This document shows, in pieces, positions 11,174 through 22,511 of a stretch of DNA of 64,000 nt. Location: assembly GCA_963789955.1 (NCBI GenBank), contig CAWBMV010000037.1, positions 416,001-480,000 of the forward strand, given 5' to 3'. A program made the position numbers and the translations under genes. The notes beneath the pieces are model-generated. The model was not told where the DNA came from, made no database searches, and saw nothing but the letters and a program-made list of their open reading frames with translations. The stretch is from an uncultured Candidatus Rokubacteria bacterium (GTDB lineage Bacteria > Methylomirabilota > Methylomirabilia > Rokubacteriales > CSP1-6). The stretch's first letter is position 1. Every line of letters begins with the position of its first letter.

Positions 11174-12827
11174 TCCGTCCTCGCGAGGCGAAGAGGCCGG
11201 CCGGCCGACGCTGCAGGAAGAGGATGACGCCCACCAGGATCGCGACCTTGCCGAACACCGCGCCGAGCGCGGGCTCGATCCCCTTGGTGAGGCCACCGAG
11301 ACCGGCCGAAGCCAGGATCGTCCCCGCGAGCTTGCCGACACCACCGGTCACGACCACCATGAACGAATCGACGATGTAGTTCTGACCGAGCGACGGGCCG
11401 ACGTTGCCGATCTGGGTGAGCGCGCATCCGGCCAGGCCCGCGAGCCCGGCGCCGAAGGCGAACGTCGTGGCGTCCACCACGCCGGCGCGCACGCCCAGGC
11501 ACGAGCTCATCGCGCGGTTCTGGGTCACCGCGCGGATGCGGAGCCCGGCGCTGGTGCGGAAGAGGAGCCAGTACATCGCGGCGACCGACGCGGTCGCGAG
11601 CCCGATGATGAACACGCGGTTGTACGGCAAGGTGAGCCCGACCATCACGGGCACGCCGCCCGAGAGCCACGACGGCGAGCTCACGTCCACGTTCGCTGCG
11701 CCGAACCAGAGGCGAAGACCTTGCTGGATGATCAGCGAGGCGCCCCACGTCAGCAGCAAGGTCTCGAGCGGCCGCCCGTAGAGGAGCCGGATGACGCCGC
11801 GCTCGAGCACCAGCCCGACGGCCGCCGCCACCAGGAACGAGACCGGCAGCGCCACCAGGAAGTAGGAATCGAAGTGCGACGGCCACGTCGCGCGGAACCA
11901 GTTCTGCACGACGAAGGTCGCGTAGGCGCCGAGCGCCATCAGCTCGCCGTGCGCCATGTTGATCACGCCCATCAGCCCGAAGACGACCGCCAGGCCGAGC
12001 GCCATCAGGAGCAGGATCGAGCCGAGCGAGGCGCCCTGGAACACGGTCTCGACGGTGCGCGTCAGCAGGCCCCAGCGCTCGATGCCTCGAATCGCGTGCA
12101 GGGCGGCCTCGCGCTCGGCCGGTGACGCGCTGCCGTCCGTCGCGAGCCGCTGGAGTGCGGCAACCGCGCTTTCCGAATGGAGGTCGCCCAGGCTGCGCGC
12201 CGCCGCGGTGCGCTGCGCCGGGGTGCCGTTGGCCAGGTGAATCAGCGCTAACGCCTCCGCGAGCGCATGGCGCACCCAGCGATCGGATTCCTTCTTCAGC
12301 GCTTCTTCGACGACGGGGGCCGCGGTGGCCACGGCCTGGTTGCCGAGCTTCACGGCGGCGCCACGCCGCACGGCGGGATCGGGGTCGGCGAGCTGCACCT
12401 GCGTCTCGTCGGCGTCGAGGAACGGTTTGATGGCCAGCCGGAGGCGGCGGTCGGCCGGCACTTCTTTGAGCTCGGTCAGCGGCACCGTGCCCAGCGGCTC
12501 ACGATCGTACGCGCCGCTGACGTCGATCACGTCCTGGTCGCCCTTGGTGGCCTTGCTGCCGCCGACCACGAGCTCGGTCTTGCCGGCCCGCGTGCGCGCG
12601 TAGACGCTCCCGTCGCGGAGCGCGCTCAGGAATTGAATCCATTTCGGGTCCCGCGTCTGGCCGATCACGGCGACGGCCGCTTCCCGCTTGTCCGCGTCGT
12701 CACCCGTGAGATCGGTCAGCGCCGCGGCGACCTCGGGAGAGGCCGCGGGAGCGGCGGCCGCGTGGCCCGCCGCTCCCGCGGCGAGCCACGCGACCAGCGA
12801 AAGGAGAACGATGAGACGAGAGATCAC
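11160..12827 (-). CDS. urtB: Urea ABC transporter permease with N-terminal exported HEAT-like domain
   Basis: GLMGVINMAHGE, LYGRPLETLL.TWG.SL, YIVDSFMVVV.GGVG.L. Confidence 0.92.
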   Translation of the reverse strand: MISRLIVLLSLVAWLAAGAAGHAAAAPAASPEVAAALTDLTGDDADKREAAVAVIGQTRDPKWIQFLSALRDGSVYARTRAGKTELVVGGSKATKGDQDVIDVSGAYDREPLGTVPLTELKEVPADRRLRLAIKPFLDADETQVQLADPDPAVRRGAAVKLGNQAVATAAPVVEEALKKESDRWVRHALAEALALIHLANGTPAQRTAAARSLGDLHSESAVAALQRLATDGSASPAEREAALHAIRGIERWGLLTRTVETVFQGASLGSILLLMALGLAVVFGLMGVINMAHGELMALGAYATFVVQNWFRATWPSHFDSYFLVALPVSFLVAAAVGLVLERGVIRLLYGRPLETLLLTWGASLIIQQGLRLWFGAANVDVSSPSWLSGGVPVMVGLTLPYNRVFIIGLATASVAAMYWLLFRTSAGLRIRAVTQNRAMSSCLGVRAGVVDATTFAFGAGLAGLAGCALTQIGNVGPSLGQNYIVDSFMVVVTGGVGKLAGTILASAGLGGLTKGIEPALGAVFGKVAILVGVILFLQRRPAGLFASRGRNAEA

Positions 12828-14131
12828 GCCTTCTTCTGATACGTGCCCTGATGGTTGATCCAGTCACAGCCCTTGTCCGGGCTCGTGTACTTGCTCCACG
12901 GTTCCGGCTCGACCGTACCGTTCGGGCCCGTGCCCTTCACCCGGCTGATGATCTTGAACTGGCCGTCCTTCAGGATCTCGCCGATCAGCACCGGCCGGTA
13001 GGTGTGCTGGTTGTACTCGTGCATCTTGATCGGACCGCCCGGCGCCATGAACGTCTGGCCGTACACGGCCTTGCGGACCGGGTCGACATCGAAGCTCTTC
13101 GCCTTCTCGACTGCCTGCTTCCAGATGTAGACGCCGAAGTAGGCGGCCTCCATCGGATCGTCGGTGACGCGCTTGGCGCCGCCCGGCAGCTTGGTCTTTT
13201 CGCTGTAGTTCTTGAACGCCTGGACGAATTTCTTGTTCTGGGGCGCGTCGACCGACTGGAAATAGTTCCAGGCGGCGAGGTGGCCGACCAGGGCCGACGT
13301 GTCCATACCGCGCAGCTCGTCCTCGGCCACGCTGTAGGCCATGATCGGGGCGTTCTCGGAGCGGAGCCCCTGGTTCGCGAACTCCTTGTAGAAGGGCACG
13401 TTGCTGTCGCCGTTGATCGTCGAGAGCACGCAGGCGCCGCCGCCCGAGGAGAACCGCTTGATCTTGCCGACGATCGTCTGATAGTCCTGATGGTTGAACG
13501 GCGTGTACTCTTCCTCGATGTTGGCGGCCGGCACGCCCTTGGCGAGCAGGAACGCGCGCAGGATCTTGTTGGCCGTGCGCGGGAAGACGTAGTCGGTGCC
13601 CAGCAGGTAGAACTTCTTGTAGCTTCCGCCTTCCTTCGACATCAGGTACTCCGCGCCGGGGACCAGCTGCTGGTTCGGCGTGGCGCCGGTGTAGAAGACG
13701 TTCTTCGAGCACTCCTCACCTTCGTACTGCACGGGATAGAAGAGCAGGCCGTTGTTGTTCTCGAAGACCGGCAGCACCGACTTGCGGCTGACCGAGGTCC
13801 AGCAGCCGAAGACGACCGAGACCTTGTCCTGCAGCAGGAGCTGCTTGGCCTTCTCGGCGAAGAGATCCCAGTTCGACGCCGGATCGACGACGACGGGCGA
13901 GATCTTCTTGCCCATCACGCCGCCCTTCGCGTTGATCTCCTCGACGGCCATGAGCACGACGTCTCGGAGCGAGACCTCGCTGATCGCCATCGTCCCCGAG
14001 AGCGAGTGCAGGACACCGATCTTGACGGTTTCCTGCGCCCTCAGGACGTTGGGGAAGCTGAGGCCGGCGCCGACGGCCGTGGATGCCAGCAGGCCCCCCT
14101 TGATGAAGTCGCGACGTGAAAACTCCGCCAT
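12824..14131 (-). CDS. urtA: Urea ABC transporter substrate-binding protein (Tat-type signal SRRDFIK)
   Basis: VLHSLSGTMAISE, DPASNW, GCWTSVSRKSVLPVFE, FYPVQYEGEE, GTDYVFPR; AAAGGAG SD upstream. Confidence 0.95.
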   Translation of the reverse strand: MAEFSRRDFIKGGLLASTAVGAGLSFPNVLRAQETVKIGVLHSLSGTMAISEVSLRDVVLMAVEEINAKGGVMGKKISPVVVDPASNWDLFAEKAKQLLLQDKVSVVFGCWTSVSRKSVLPVFENNNGLLFYPVQYEGEECSKNVFYTGATPNQQLVPGAEYLMSKEGGSYKKFYLLGTDYVFPRTANKILRAFLLAKGVPAANIEEEYTPFNHQDYQTIVGKIKRFSSGGGACVLSTINGDSNVPFYKEFANQGLRSENAPIMAYSVAEDELRGMDTSALVGHLAAWNYFQSVDAPQNKKFVQAFKNYSEKTKLPGGAKRVTDDPMEAAYFGVYIWKQAVEKAKSFDVDPVRKAVYGQTFMAPGGPIKMHEYNQHTYRPVLIGEILKDGQFKIISRVKGTGPNGTVEPEPWSKYTSPDKGCDWINHQGTYQKKA

Positions 14132-14162
14132 TTCCGTCTCCTTTCGTGTGGGTGGTCTCGGT

Positions 14163-14207
14163 CGCGACGTCATTGGCGCGCCTCCCGCGGACGTTATTGG
14201 CCGCAGG
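14163..14207 (-). promoter_or_regulatory. Putative ANTAR-binding twin stem-loop in the urtA leader
   Basis: CCUGCGG-C-C-AAUAAC-G-U-CCGCGGG and CGCG-C-C-AAUGAC-G-U-CGCG; two 6-nt A-initiated loops; next to an ANTAR gene. Confidence 0.65.
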
Positions 14208-14222
14208 CTGGCCTCGGTATCA

Positions 14223-14237
14223 GCAAAGGCCGTACCG
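14223..14237 (-). promoter_or_regulatory. Sigma54 (-24/-12) promoter of urt-ure operon
   Basis: CGGTACGGCCTTTGC = GG-N10-GC; upstream boxes at 14291-14307 and 14321-14337. Confidence 0.7.
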
Positions 14238-14293
14238 GAAACGCTATGTGTTTCTTTTCGGTATCTTGGCGAGCGGTAAGGCCGGGCGAATGC

Positions 14294-14890
14294 TCAATGC
14301 GTAGGCACGTCGGAGGCGACTGACTCTGACACGAGCAGGGCCTTGGCGATGTCCACCATGGGACGGCGGCTGTCCATCGCGGCCCGACGGAGCCGGCGGA
14401 AGGCTTCGTCCTCGCTCAGCTGGTAGCGCGCCATCAAACGCCCCTTCGCACGCTCGATGATCTTCCGCTCTTCGAGCGAGCGGCGGAGATCGCGGGTCTC
14501 GCCGAATCGCGCGACCGCGAGGTCGAGGACGGGCGCGAGCTCCGCCGCGCGAAGCGGCTTGAGCAGGTAGGACATCACGCCGGCCGAGCGCGCCCGATCG
14601 ACGAGCTCCTGGCGTGTGTGGCTCGTGAAGAGAACGACGGGACAGCCGGCGTCGATCAGCTGGCGCGCCATTTCGATCCCGTCGCCGTCGGGCAATCCGA
14701 TGGCGCAGACGGCCACGTCGGGAGTCGTGCGGCGCGCCAGGCTCAGCGCGTCGGCGCAGCGCACGGCCTCGCCGACTACCTCGCCGCCCGCCGCCCAGAT
14801 CGCGGCGCGCAGCGCCGCGCGTGAGCGCTCGTGGTCGTCGAGAATCGCGACCCGCCAGCGCGGGTCGCCCTTCGGCCCCTCGCTCGCCAT
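14294..14890 (-). CDS. ANTAR-domain response regulator (NasT/AmiR-like, pseudo-receiver)
   Basis: REC-like N-terminus; LEERKIIERAKG.LM....LSEDEAFRRLRRAAMD.R.PM..IA ANTAR signature. Confidence 0.93.
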   Translation of the reverse strand: MASEGPKGDPRWRVAILDDHERSRAALRAAIWAAGGEVVGEAVRCADALSLARRTTPDVAVCAIGLPDGDGIEMARQLIDAGCPVVLFTSHTRQELVDRARSAGVMSYLLKPLRAAELAPVLDLAVARFGETRDLRRSLEERKIIERAKGRLMARYQLSEDEAFRRLRRAAMDSRRPMVDIAKALLVSESVASDVPTH

Positions 14891-14903
14891 GGTCGCGGTG
14901 ATC

Positions 14904-14918
14904 GCAAGCCCGGTGCCA
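14904..14918 (-). promoter_or_regulatory. Sigma54 promoter of the ANTAR gene, with IHF-like site at 14944-14956
   Basis: TGGCACCGGGCTTGC is a perfect TGGCAC-N5-TTGC; AATCAATGGCTTA matches WATCAA-N4-TTR. Confidence 0.8.
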
Positions 14919-15076
14919 GAGGCCGAGAAAAGCCGAGTCAGAGAATCAATGGCTTAGCGGCGTGGACGTCGCACCCCGTGCTCAGCGACACGGCATCTCG
15001 CGGGATTCTGCTGTTTTCCCGAGCAGTGCCCTCGCCCCTGGCGCGAGCGCGCGACGCCACGCGTATACTTCCGGCC

Positions 15077-15853
15077 GTGAGCGTCCGCGGGCACCGCTGG
15101 CCGCGACACGGATGGATCGTGGTGGCTCTCGCGGTGGGCATGGTCTGGCCGGTATGGGCCGTCACCGGAAAGGCGCGAGAGCTGGTCCGGCAGGCCGATC
15201 AGCTCCAGGCCGCCCCCGATGCATCCAATGAATCCTCGCAGCGAGCCATCGCGCTCTACCAGGAGGCGGCGGGGCTCGAACCGAACAGCGCTGAAATCCA
15301 GCTGAAGCTGGCGGATGCGGCGCTCACGGTCGCCGCCTGGACGAGCGGGGACCGGCTGCGCTGGTATCAGCTCGGCCGGACCGCCGCGGAGCGGGCGGTC
15401 GTTCTCGATCAGAACGACGCGGAGGCCCTGTTCCTGCTTGCCGCGCACCGCGGCCAGATCGCGAAGCCTCCAGAAGGACCTCGGAGGGCTCGTCGTGCCC
15501 CAGGAGCTCGAGCGCCTCCTGTCGCGCGCTCTGGCCTTGAACCCGCGTCACGCGCGGGCGCTGCACATGATGGGCGTGCTGCTCGAGCGGACGCCCGCGC
15601 CGCTGCGGCTCCTCCTGAAAGGAAGCGCCCGCGATGCGGAGAAGTATCTCGTCGCCGCGATCGAGTCCGACCCGAACTTCTCCGAAGCGCGCCTGGATCT
15701 GGCGAGGCACTACGCGAGCCGCCGGCAGACTGCGCAAGCGCGCGCGCAGATTCGGCCGTGCTGCAGATGACGTCTCCGACACGTCCGCGCGCGTGGCGTG
15801 AGAAGCATCGGCCGGCGGCCGAGGCGTTGCTGAGAGAGCTGCCCGCCGAGTGA
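15077..15853 (+). CDS. Exported TPR-like protein, two compensating frameshifts near 15465-15765
   Basis: Hydrophobic N-terminal segment; AIALYQEAAGLEPNSAE, ALALNPRHARAL and AIESDPNFSEARLDLA TPR-like helices. Confidence 0.65.
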   Translation: MSVRGHRWPRHGWIVVALAVGMVWPVWAVTGKARELVRQADQLQAAPDASNESSQRAIALYQEAAGLEPNSAEIQLKLADAALTVAAWTSGDRLRWYQLGRTAAERAVVLDQNDAEALFLLAAHRGQIAKPPEGPRRARRAPGARAPPVARSGLEPASRAGAAHDGRAARADARAAAAPPERKRPRCGEVSRRRDRVRPELLRSAPGSGEALREPPADCASARADSAVLQMTSPTRPRAWREKHRPAAEALLRELPAE

Positions 15854-15924
15854 GTTTCCGGCCCGTTGCGGCCATTCCATCGACCACCTGGATAACGCGA
15901 AAGGGCCCCCTGTAGAATGCGCCC

Positions 15925-16729
15925 ATGTCGGAGCCCGTCCTCTCCCGACGTGCCGTTCTCCTGGGGCTGGGCTCGCTCGTCCTGGGTCTCTCGCTCCCGA
16001 CGCGATACGCGGCGGCCACCTCTCCGGCCGCGCGGACCTTCGACTACCGCGTCGACATCTCGATGCTTTTCGACCTCCTCCGTTATTCCGTCGGGGGAGC
16101 ATGCTCGAAGAGGTGGATGCCCGAGCCGGACGCTATCGCGTCCTCATCAACGGGAGCGGCACCGGCGTTTCCTCGCGCGTCGAAGCGCAAGGCCTGATCG
16201 AGAACGATCGCTATCGCCCGCTGGAGCTGAAGAGCGCTCACTCCTTCGTGGGCCGACCGAGCTCGCTCTCGATCACCTATGACTACGCGCGCGGACTCGT
16301 GAGCTACCACGCCGTCGGGCACACGCTGCTCAGCGGCCGACGCCGGCAGGTGGACGACGTGGTGGTCCTCCCTCCGGCCAGCCCGTCGACGATGCTGTCT
16401 CCGCAAGTCTGAACTTCGCCGCGGGACGCCTCGAGCAAGGTTCGGACGGTGCGTACCGAATGGCTGTCCTCCGTCGATCGCGACCGACCGGCGAAGGGCC
16501 GGACGACGTCACGCCCGGCGCCTATCGCGTCGGGGTCGTGCCCGTGCGTTTCCAGGTCGAGCCCGATCCCGGCACCGGCAAGCTGATCGCGCGGCTCGAC
16601 ATGTCCGGCTGGTCGTCCTGGGCCCGCGCCGACCAGCCGGCCCGTCTCGTCTTCACCCCCGAGCGACGCTTGGAGTCGATCGAATCTCGCTTGATCTGGG
16701 GAAGCACGGTCCGGATGCGCCTCTCGTAG
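15925..16729 (+). CDS. Hypothetical Tat-exported beta-rich protein (DUF3108-like), frameshifted
   Basis: MSEPVLSRRAVLLG Tat signal; protein-like continuation across three successive ORFs. Confidence 0.5.
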
Positions 16730-16849
16730 GCGGCGAGCATGCCGGCGTGCGCCGAGGGCGCCGAAACAACGCCGTGACGTTCGACGAGCACATTTCGAGC
16801 GCCGGCTTTGCCGGCGCCACGATCGAAACGCGACGGCGAGGGCAACCCG

Positions 16850-16890
16850 GTGGGGGGCATCGGGGGGAGCGGCGCTCGCTCCCCCCGATC
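16850..16890. repeat. G6/C6 REP-like hairpin downstream of glnA, possibly acting as terminator
   Basis: atcggggggagcg-gcgct-cgctccccccgat preceded by tgggggg, same architecture as 5356-5393. Confidence 0.55.
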
Positions 16891-16894
16891 AAGG

Positions 16895-18319
16895 TCAAAT
16901 ATCGAAGTAGAGCGCGAACTCCCACGGATGCGGCCGCAGCCGCACCGCGTCGACCTCGTTCTTGCGCTTGTACTCGATCCACGTCTCGATGACGTCCGGC
17001 GTGAACACGTCGCCCTTGAGGAGCCAGTCGTGCGACTTCTCGAGGTTGTCGAGCACGATCGAGAGATCGCCCGGCAGCTGCTTGATCTTCTTCTGCTCGG
17101 CCGGCGGCAGCTCGTACAGGTCCTTGTCTACCGGCTTGCCCGGGTCGATCTTGTTGGCGACGCCGTCGAGGCCCGCCATCAGGCACGCCGCGAACGACAG
17201 GTACGGGTTGCAGGTCGGATCCGGCGTGCGGAACTCAATCCGCTTGGCGCCTTCCGACTTCGAGTACATCGGGATCCGGATCGCCGCCGAACGGTTGCGC
17301 TGGCTGTAGACCAGGTTGATCGGCGCTTCATACCCCGGCACCAGACGCTTGTAGGAGTTGGTCGACGGCGCGATCAGCGCGAGCAGCGCCGGCGCGTGCT
17401 TCAGGATGCCGCCGATGTAGTAGAGGCACATCTTCGAGATGTCGGCGTAGCCGCCCCGCTCGTAGAAGAGGTTCTTGCCGCCCTTCCAGAGCGACTGATG
17501 GGTGTGCATGCCGGAGCCGTTGTCCTGGAAGAGGGGCTTGGGCATGAAGGTCGCGGTCTTGCCCCACTTCCGCGCGGTGTTCTTCGCGCAGTACTTGTAC
17601 CAGCAGACCCGGTCGGCCATCTTCGTGAGCGTGTCGAAGCGCATGTCGATCTCGGTCTGGCCGCCGGACGCCACCTCGTGGTGGTGCACCTCGACCCGGA
17701 TGCCGACCGACTCCATCGCCAGCACCATGTCCGACCGGATGTCCTGGAACTTGTCCATCGGCGGCACCGGGAAGTAGCCCTGCTTGTAGCGCGGCTTGTA
17801 GCCGAGGTTCGGCTGCTCGGGCGTGCCCTCTTTGCCGGTGTTCCAGGCGCCGGCCTCGGAGTCGATGAAGTAGTAGCCGGAGTTGTAGTTCTGGTCGAAG
17901 CGGATCGAGTCGAAGAAGAAGAACTCGAGCTCGGGTCCGATATAGACCGTGTCGGCCAGCCCGGTCTTCTTGAGATAGGCCTCGGCCTTCTGAGCGATGT
18001 AGCGCGGGTCGCGCGTGTACGCCTTACCGGTGACCGGATCCTTGACGTTGCAGATCAACACCAACGTCGGCACCGCGGTGTACGGGTCCATCACCGCGGT
18101 GTTGGGATCGGGGATCAGCAGCATGTCGGACTCGTCGATCGACTGGAAACCACGGATCGACGACCCATCGAAGCCCAGACCGTCCTCGAAGATCTCTTCG
18201 CTGAGCTCGGATACCGGGATCGAGAAGTGCTGCCACAGGCCCGGCAAGTCGATGAACCGGAGGTCGACGATCTTGGCGCCCTTCTCCTTGGCCAGCTTCA
18301 GTACGTCCTTCGCCGTCAT
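16895..18319 (-). CDS. glnA: Glutamine synthetase type I
   Basis: [48 protein letters not shown], adenylylation site DLY. Confidence 0.98.
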   Translation of the reverse strand: MTAKDVLKLAKEKGAKIVDLRFIDLPGLWQHFSIPVSELSEEIFEDGLGFDGSSIRGFQSIDESDMLLIPDPNTAVMDPYTAVPTLVLICNVKDPVTGKAYTRDPRYIAQKAEAYLKKTGLADTVYIGPELEFFFFDSIRFDQNYNSGYYFIDSEAGAWNTGKEGTPEQPNLGYKPRYKQGYFPVPPMDKFQDIRSDMVLAMESVGIRVEVHHHEVASGGQTEIDMRFDTLTKMADRVCWYKYCAKNTARKWGKTATFMPKPLFQDNGSGMHTHQSLWKGGKNLFYERGGYADISKMCLYYIGGILKHAPALLALIAPSTNSYKRLVPGYEAPINLVYSQRNRSAAIRIPMYSKSEGAKRIEFRTPDPTCNPYLSFAACLMAGLDGVANKIDPGKPVDKDLYELPPAEQKKIKQLPGDLSIVLDNLEKSHDWLLKGDVFTPDVIETWIEYKRKNEVDAVRLRPHPWEFALYFDI

Positions 18320-18407
18320 GCGCGACTCCTTCTGTGCTGAGTGATGAACAGCCCGCCTACGTTAAGGTCATCCGAGTGGTGAATCAAGCCCCGCCCGGCG
18401 CGCGGGC

Positions 18408-19883
<1,476 letters not shown>

Positions 19884-19935
19884 GGTAGATCCTCCCTTCG
19901 TTCGACCTCACGCTCACTCTCGGTGACTGTCTCTG

Positions 19936-20298
<363 letters not shown>

Positions 20299-20302
20299 TC
20301 AA

Positions 20303-20317
20303 GCAACCCCCGTGCCC
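20303..20317 (-). promoter_or_regulatory. Sigma54 promoter of glnK-amtB-glnA
   Basis: GGGCACGGGGGTTGC; IHF-like AATCAGCCGCTTC at 20345-20357; boxes at 20391-20407 and 20421-20437. Confidence 0.8.
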
Positions 20318-20484
20318 GGCGACGCTGCCTGCGAACCGTCAGAAAATCAGCCGCTTCGAGCGAGCCCCGACCGGTCGCACCAACGGGTCTTGCCCAACGA
20401 ATAGGCATACCGGGCTCGGATGCTCGCGATTCAGGCGCGCTGCGGTTCCGGCTATGGGCGGGCGCGGGCGGGCGCGACTCGAGA

Positions 20485-21873
20485 TCAGGCGCGGCGCTGC
20501 GGGATGCCGTGCTTGCGCATCTTGGAGTAGAGCGTGGGCCGGCGGAGGCCCAGCAGGGCCGCGGCGGCCTGCTTGTTCCAGCGTGTCGTTTCGAGCGCCT
20601 TCAGGATCGATGCGCGCTCGATCTCCTCGAGCGAGCCGGCCGGCACCTGCGAGGGCGCCACCGCCGAGGGGCCGAGGCCGCCTTCGCGCGCGCCGTGCTG
20701 GAGCTGCTCGGGCAGATCCTCCAGGACGATCATCGGCCCCCGCGTCACCAGCACCGCACGCTCGATCGCGTGCTGGAGCTCGCGCACGTTGCCCGGCCAC
20801 GACCACGACAGCAGCCGTCGATACGCTTCCGGATCGATGCCCTCCACCGGGCGCGCGTGCTTGGTGCGATAGCGATCGAGGAAGGCGCGGACCAGAATCG
20901 GGATGTCGTCGCGGCGCTCCCGTAGCGGCGGCACCGCGATGGACACGGTGTTGATCCGGAAATAGAGGTCCTGCCGCAGATGACCGTCGCGCAGCGCGAC
21001 GTCGGGGCTCTGGTTGGTCGAGCTGATCAGGCGGAAGTCGACGGGCACGGCTTTCGCGGCGCCGAGACGGCGGACCATTCGCTCCTCGAGCACGCGGAGG
21101 AGCTTGGCCTGGAGGTCGATCGGCATCTCGGTGATCTCGTCGAGGAGCAGTGATCCGCCGTCGGCTTCTTCGAGCAGTCCGACCTTGTCCGTCGTCGCGC
21201 CCGTGAACGCGCCGCGGGTGTGACCGAAGAGCTCCGACTCGATCAGGTCCTTGGGCAGCGCCGCGCAGTTGATCTTGATCCACGGACCGCTCCGGCGATG
21301 GCTCTTCTCGTGGAGCGCGTTGGCCAGGAGCTCCTTGCCGGTGCCGCTCTCGCCGACGATCAGGACGTTGGCGTCGGCATCGGCCACCGCCGCGACCGTC
21401 TCCAGCACGCGCTGGATACCGGGCGCGCTGCCGAGAATTTCGGTATCGGTCACCTGGTCGACGAGCCGGCGTTTGAGGTCCGCGTTCTCACCGACCAGCT
21501 TGCGATGCTCGAGCGCGTTCTCGAGGAGCACGAGGAGCTCGTCCGGCTCGAACGGCTTCTCGAGGACGTGGAACGCGCCGGCGCCCTTCGTGGCTTCCAT
21601 CGCCTTGCGCACCGATCCGTACGCGGTGATGACGAGCACTTCGAGGGCGGGATCGCGGCGCTTGAGCTCGCGGGTCAGCTGCAAACCGTCGCCGTCGGGC
21701 AGCATCAGGTCCACGATCGCGGCGTGCGGGTCGCCCTGCACGAGAGCGCCCAGCGCTTCGCGCACGCTGCCCGCGGTGCGCACGCCGTAGCCTTCGCTCT
21801 CGAGCGTCAGGCGCAGTCCGTCGGCGATCGTCTTCTCGTCGTCGACGACGAGAATCGTATGGCTGCGCTTCAT
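20485..21873 (-). CDS. Sigma54-dependent response regulator (REC-AAA-Fis HTH, NtrC family)
   Basis: GESGTGKEL, ESELFGH..GAFTGA, LLDEI, DLYFRIN, WPGNVREL. Confidence 0.95.
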   Translation of the reverse strand: MKRSHTILVVDDEKTIADGLRLTLESEGYGVRTAGSVREALGALVQGDPHAAIVDLMLPDGDGLQLTRELKRRDPALEVLVITAYGSVRKAMEATKGAGAFHVLEKPFEPDELLVLLENALEHRKLVGENADLKRRLVDQVTDTEILGSAPGIQRVLETVAAVADADANVLIVGESGTGKELLANALHEKSHRRSGPWIKINCAALPKDLIESELFGHTRGAFTGATTDKVGLLEEADGGSLLLDEITEMPIDLQAKLLRVLEERMVRRLGAAKAVPVDFRLISSTNQSPDVALRDGHLRQDLYFRINTVSIAVPPLRERRDDIPILVRAFLDRYRTKHARPVEGIDPEAYRRLLSWSWPGNVRELQHAIERAVLVTRGPMIVLEDLPEQLQHGAREGGLGPSAVAPSQVPAGSLEEIERASILKALETTRWNKQAAAALLGLRRPTLYSKMRKHGIPQRRA

Positions 21874-22257
21874 TGTAGCGGGGGCCTCGAGGTCGGGTTG
21901 GACCGAGGGTGGCCTGAGATAGGCGCGAGCCGGCTCCGCAGGGTCGTCTTCATCGCGGCGCGGTCTGCGGGCCCGGCTCGGCGTTCGCGGGCCCCGCGGT
22001 GGACCGAGGGTGGCCTGAGATAGGCGCGAGCCGGCTCCGCAGCGTCGTCTTCATCGCGCCGCGGTCTGCTGGCCCGGCTTGGCGTTCGCGGGCCCCGTGG
22101 TGGACCGAGGGTGGCCTGAGATAGGCGCGAGCCGGCTCCGCAGCGTCGTCTTCATCGCGCCGCGGTCTGCTGGCCCGGCTTGGCGGTCGCGGGCCCCGTG
22201 GTGGACCGAGGGTGGCCTGAGATAGGCGCGAGCCGGCTCCGCAGCGTCGTCTTCATC
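21870..22257 (-). repeat. Tandem array of 101-bp units (3 full + 1 partial) of a dispersed repeat family
   Basis: ggaccgagggtggcctgagataggcgcgagccggctccgcag recurs at 21900, 22001, 22102, 22203. Confidence 0.95.
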
Positions 22258-22511
22258 CGTGGCGTGCTTCAGTGGCCCCGGTTGCGGTTCGTTGGTGCAC
22301 TGATGGCGCGCTCTGCCAGCATCGGTTTGGAACCGAGGTGTCCTGATTCGTCGCTGTACGAACCCGGGCGAGTCGACGTGCGTTCTCCGTGGCAATTTGT
22401 AGGGTCTCACCCGTCCCATGGTAGCGAACCGTGCAAGGCCACGGGTGCGACGCTGAAAGGCAGCGGTTTCTGGTTGAACGCCCACGGAATCTGCCGGTTC
22501 CCGCCGACCGC

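Noticed and set aside
21900..22257. Possible CRISPR array in the 101-bp repeats
   Set aside because: Whole units are near-identical with no unique spacers
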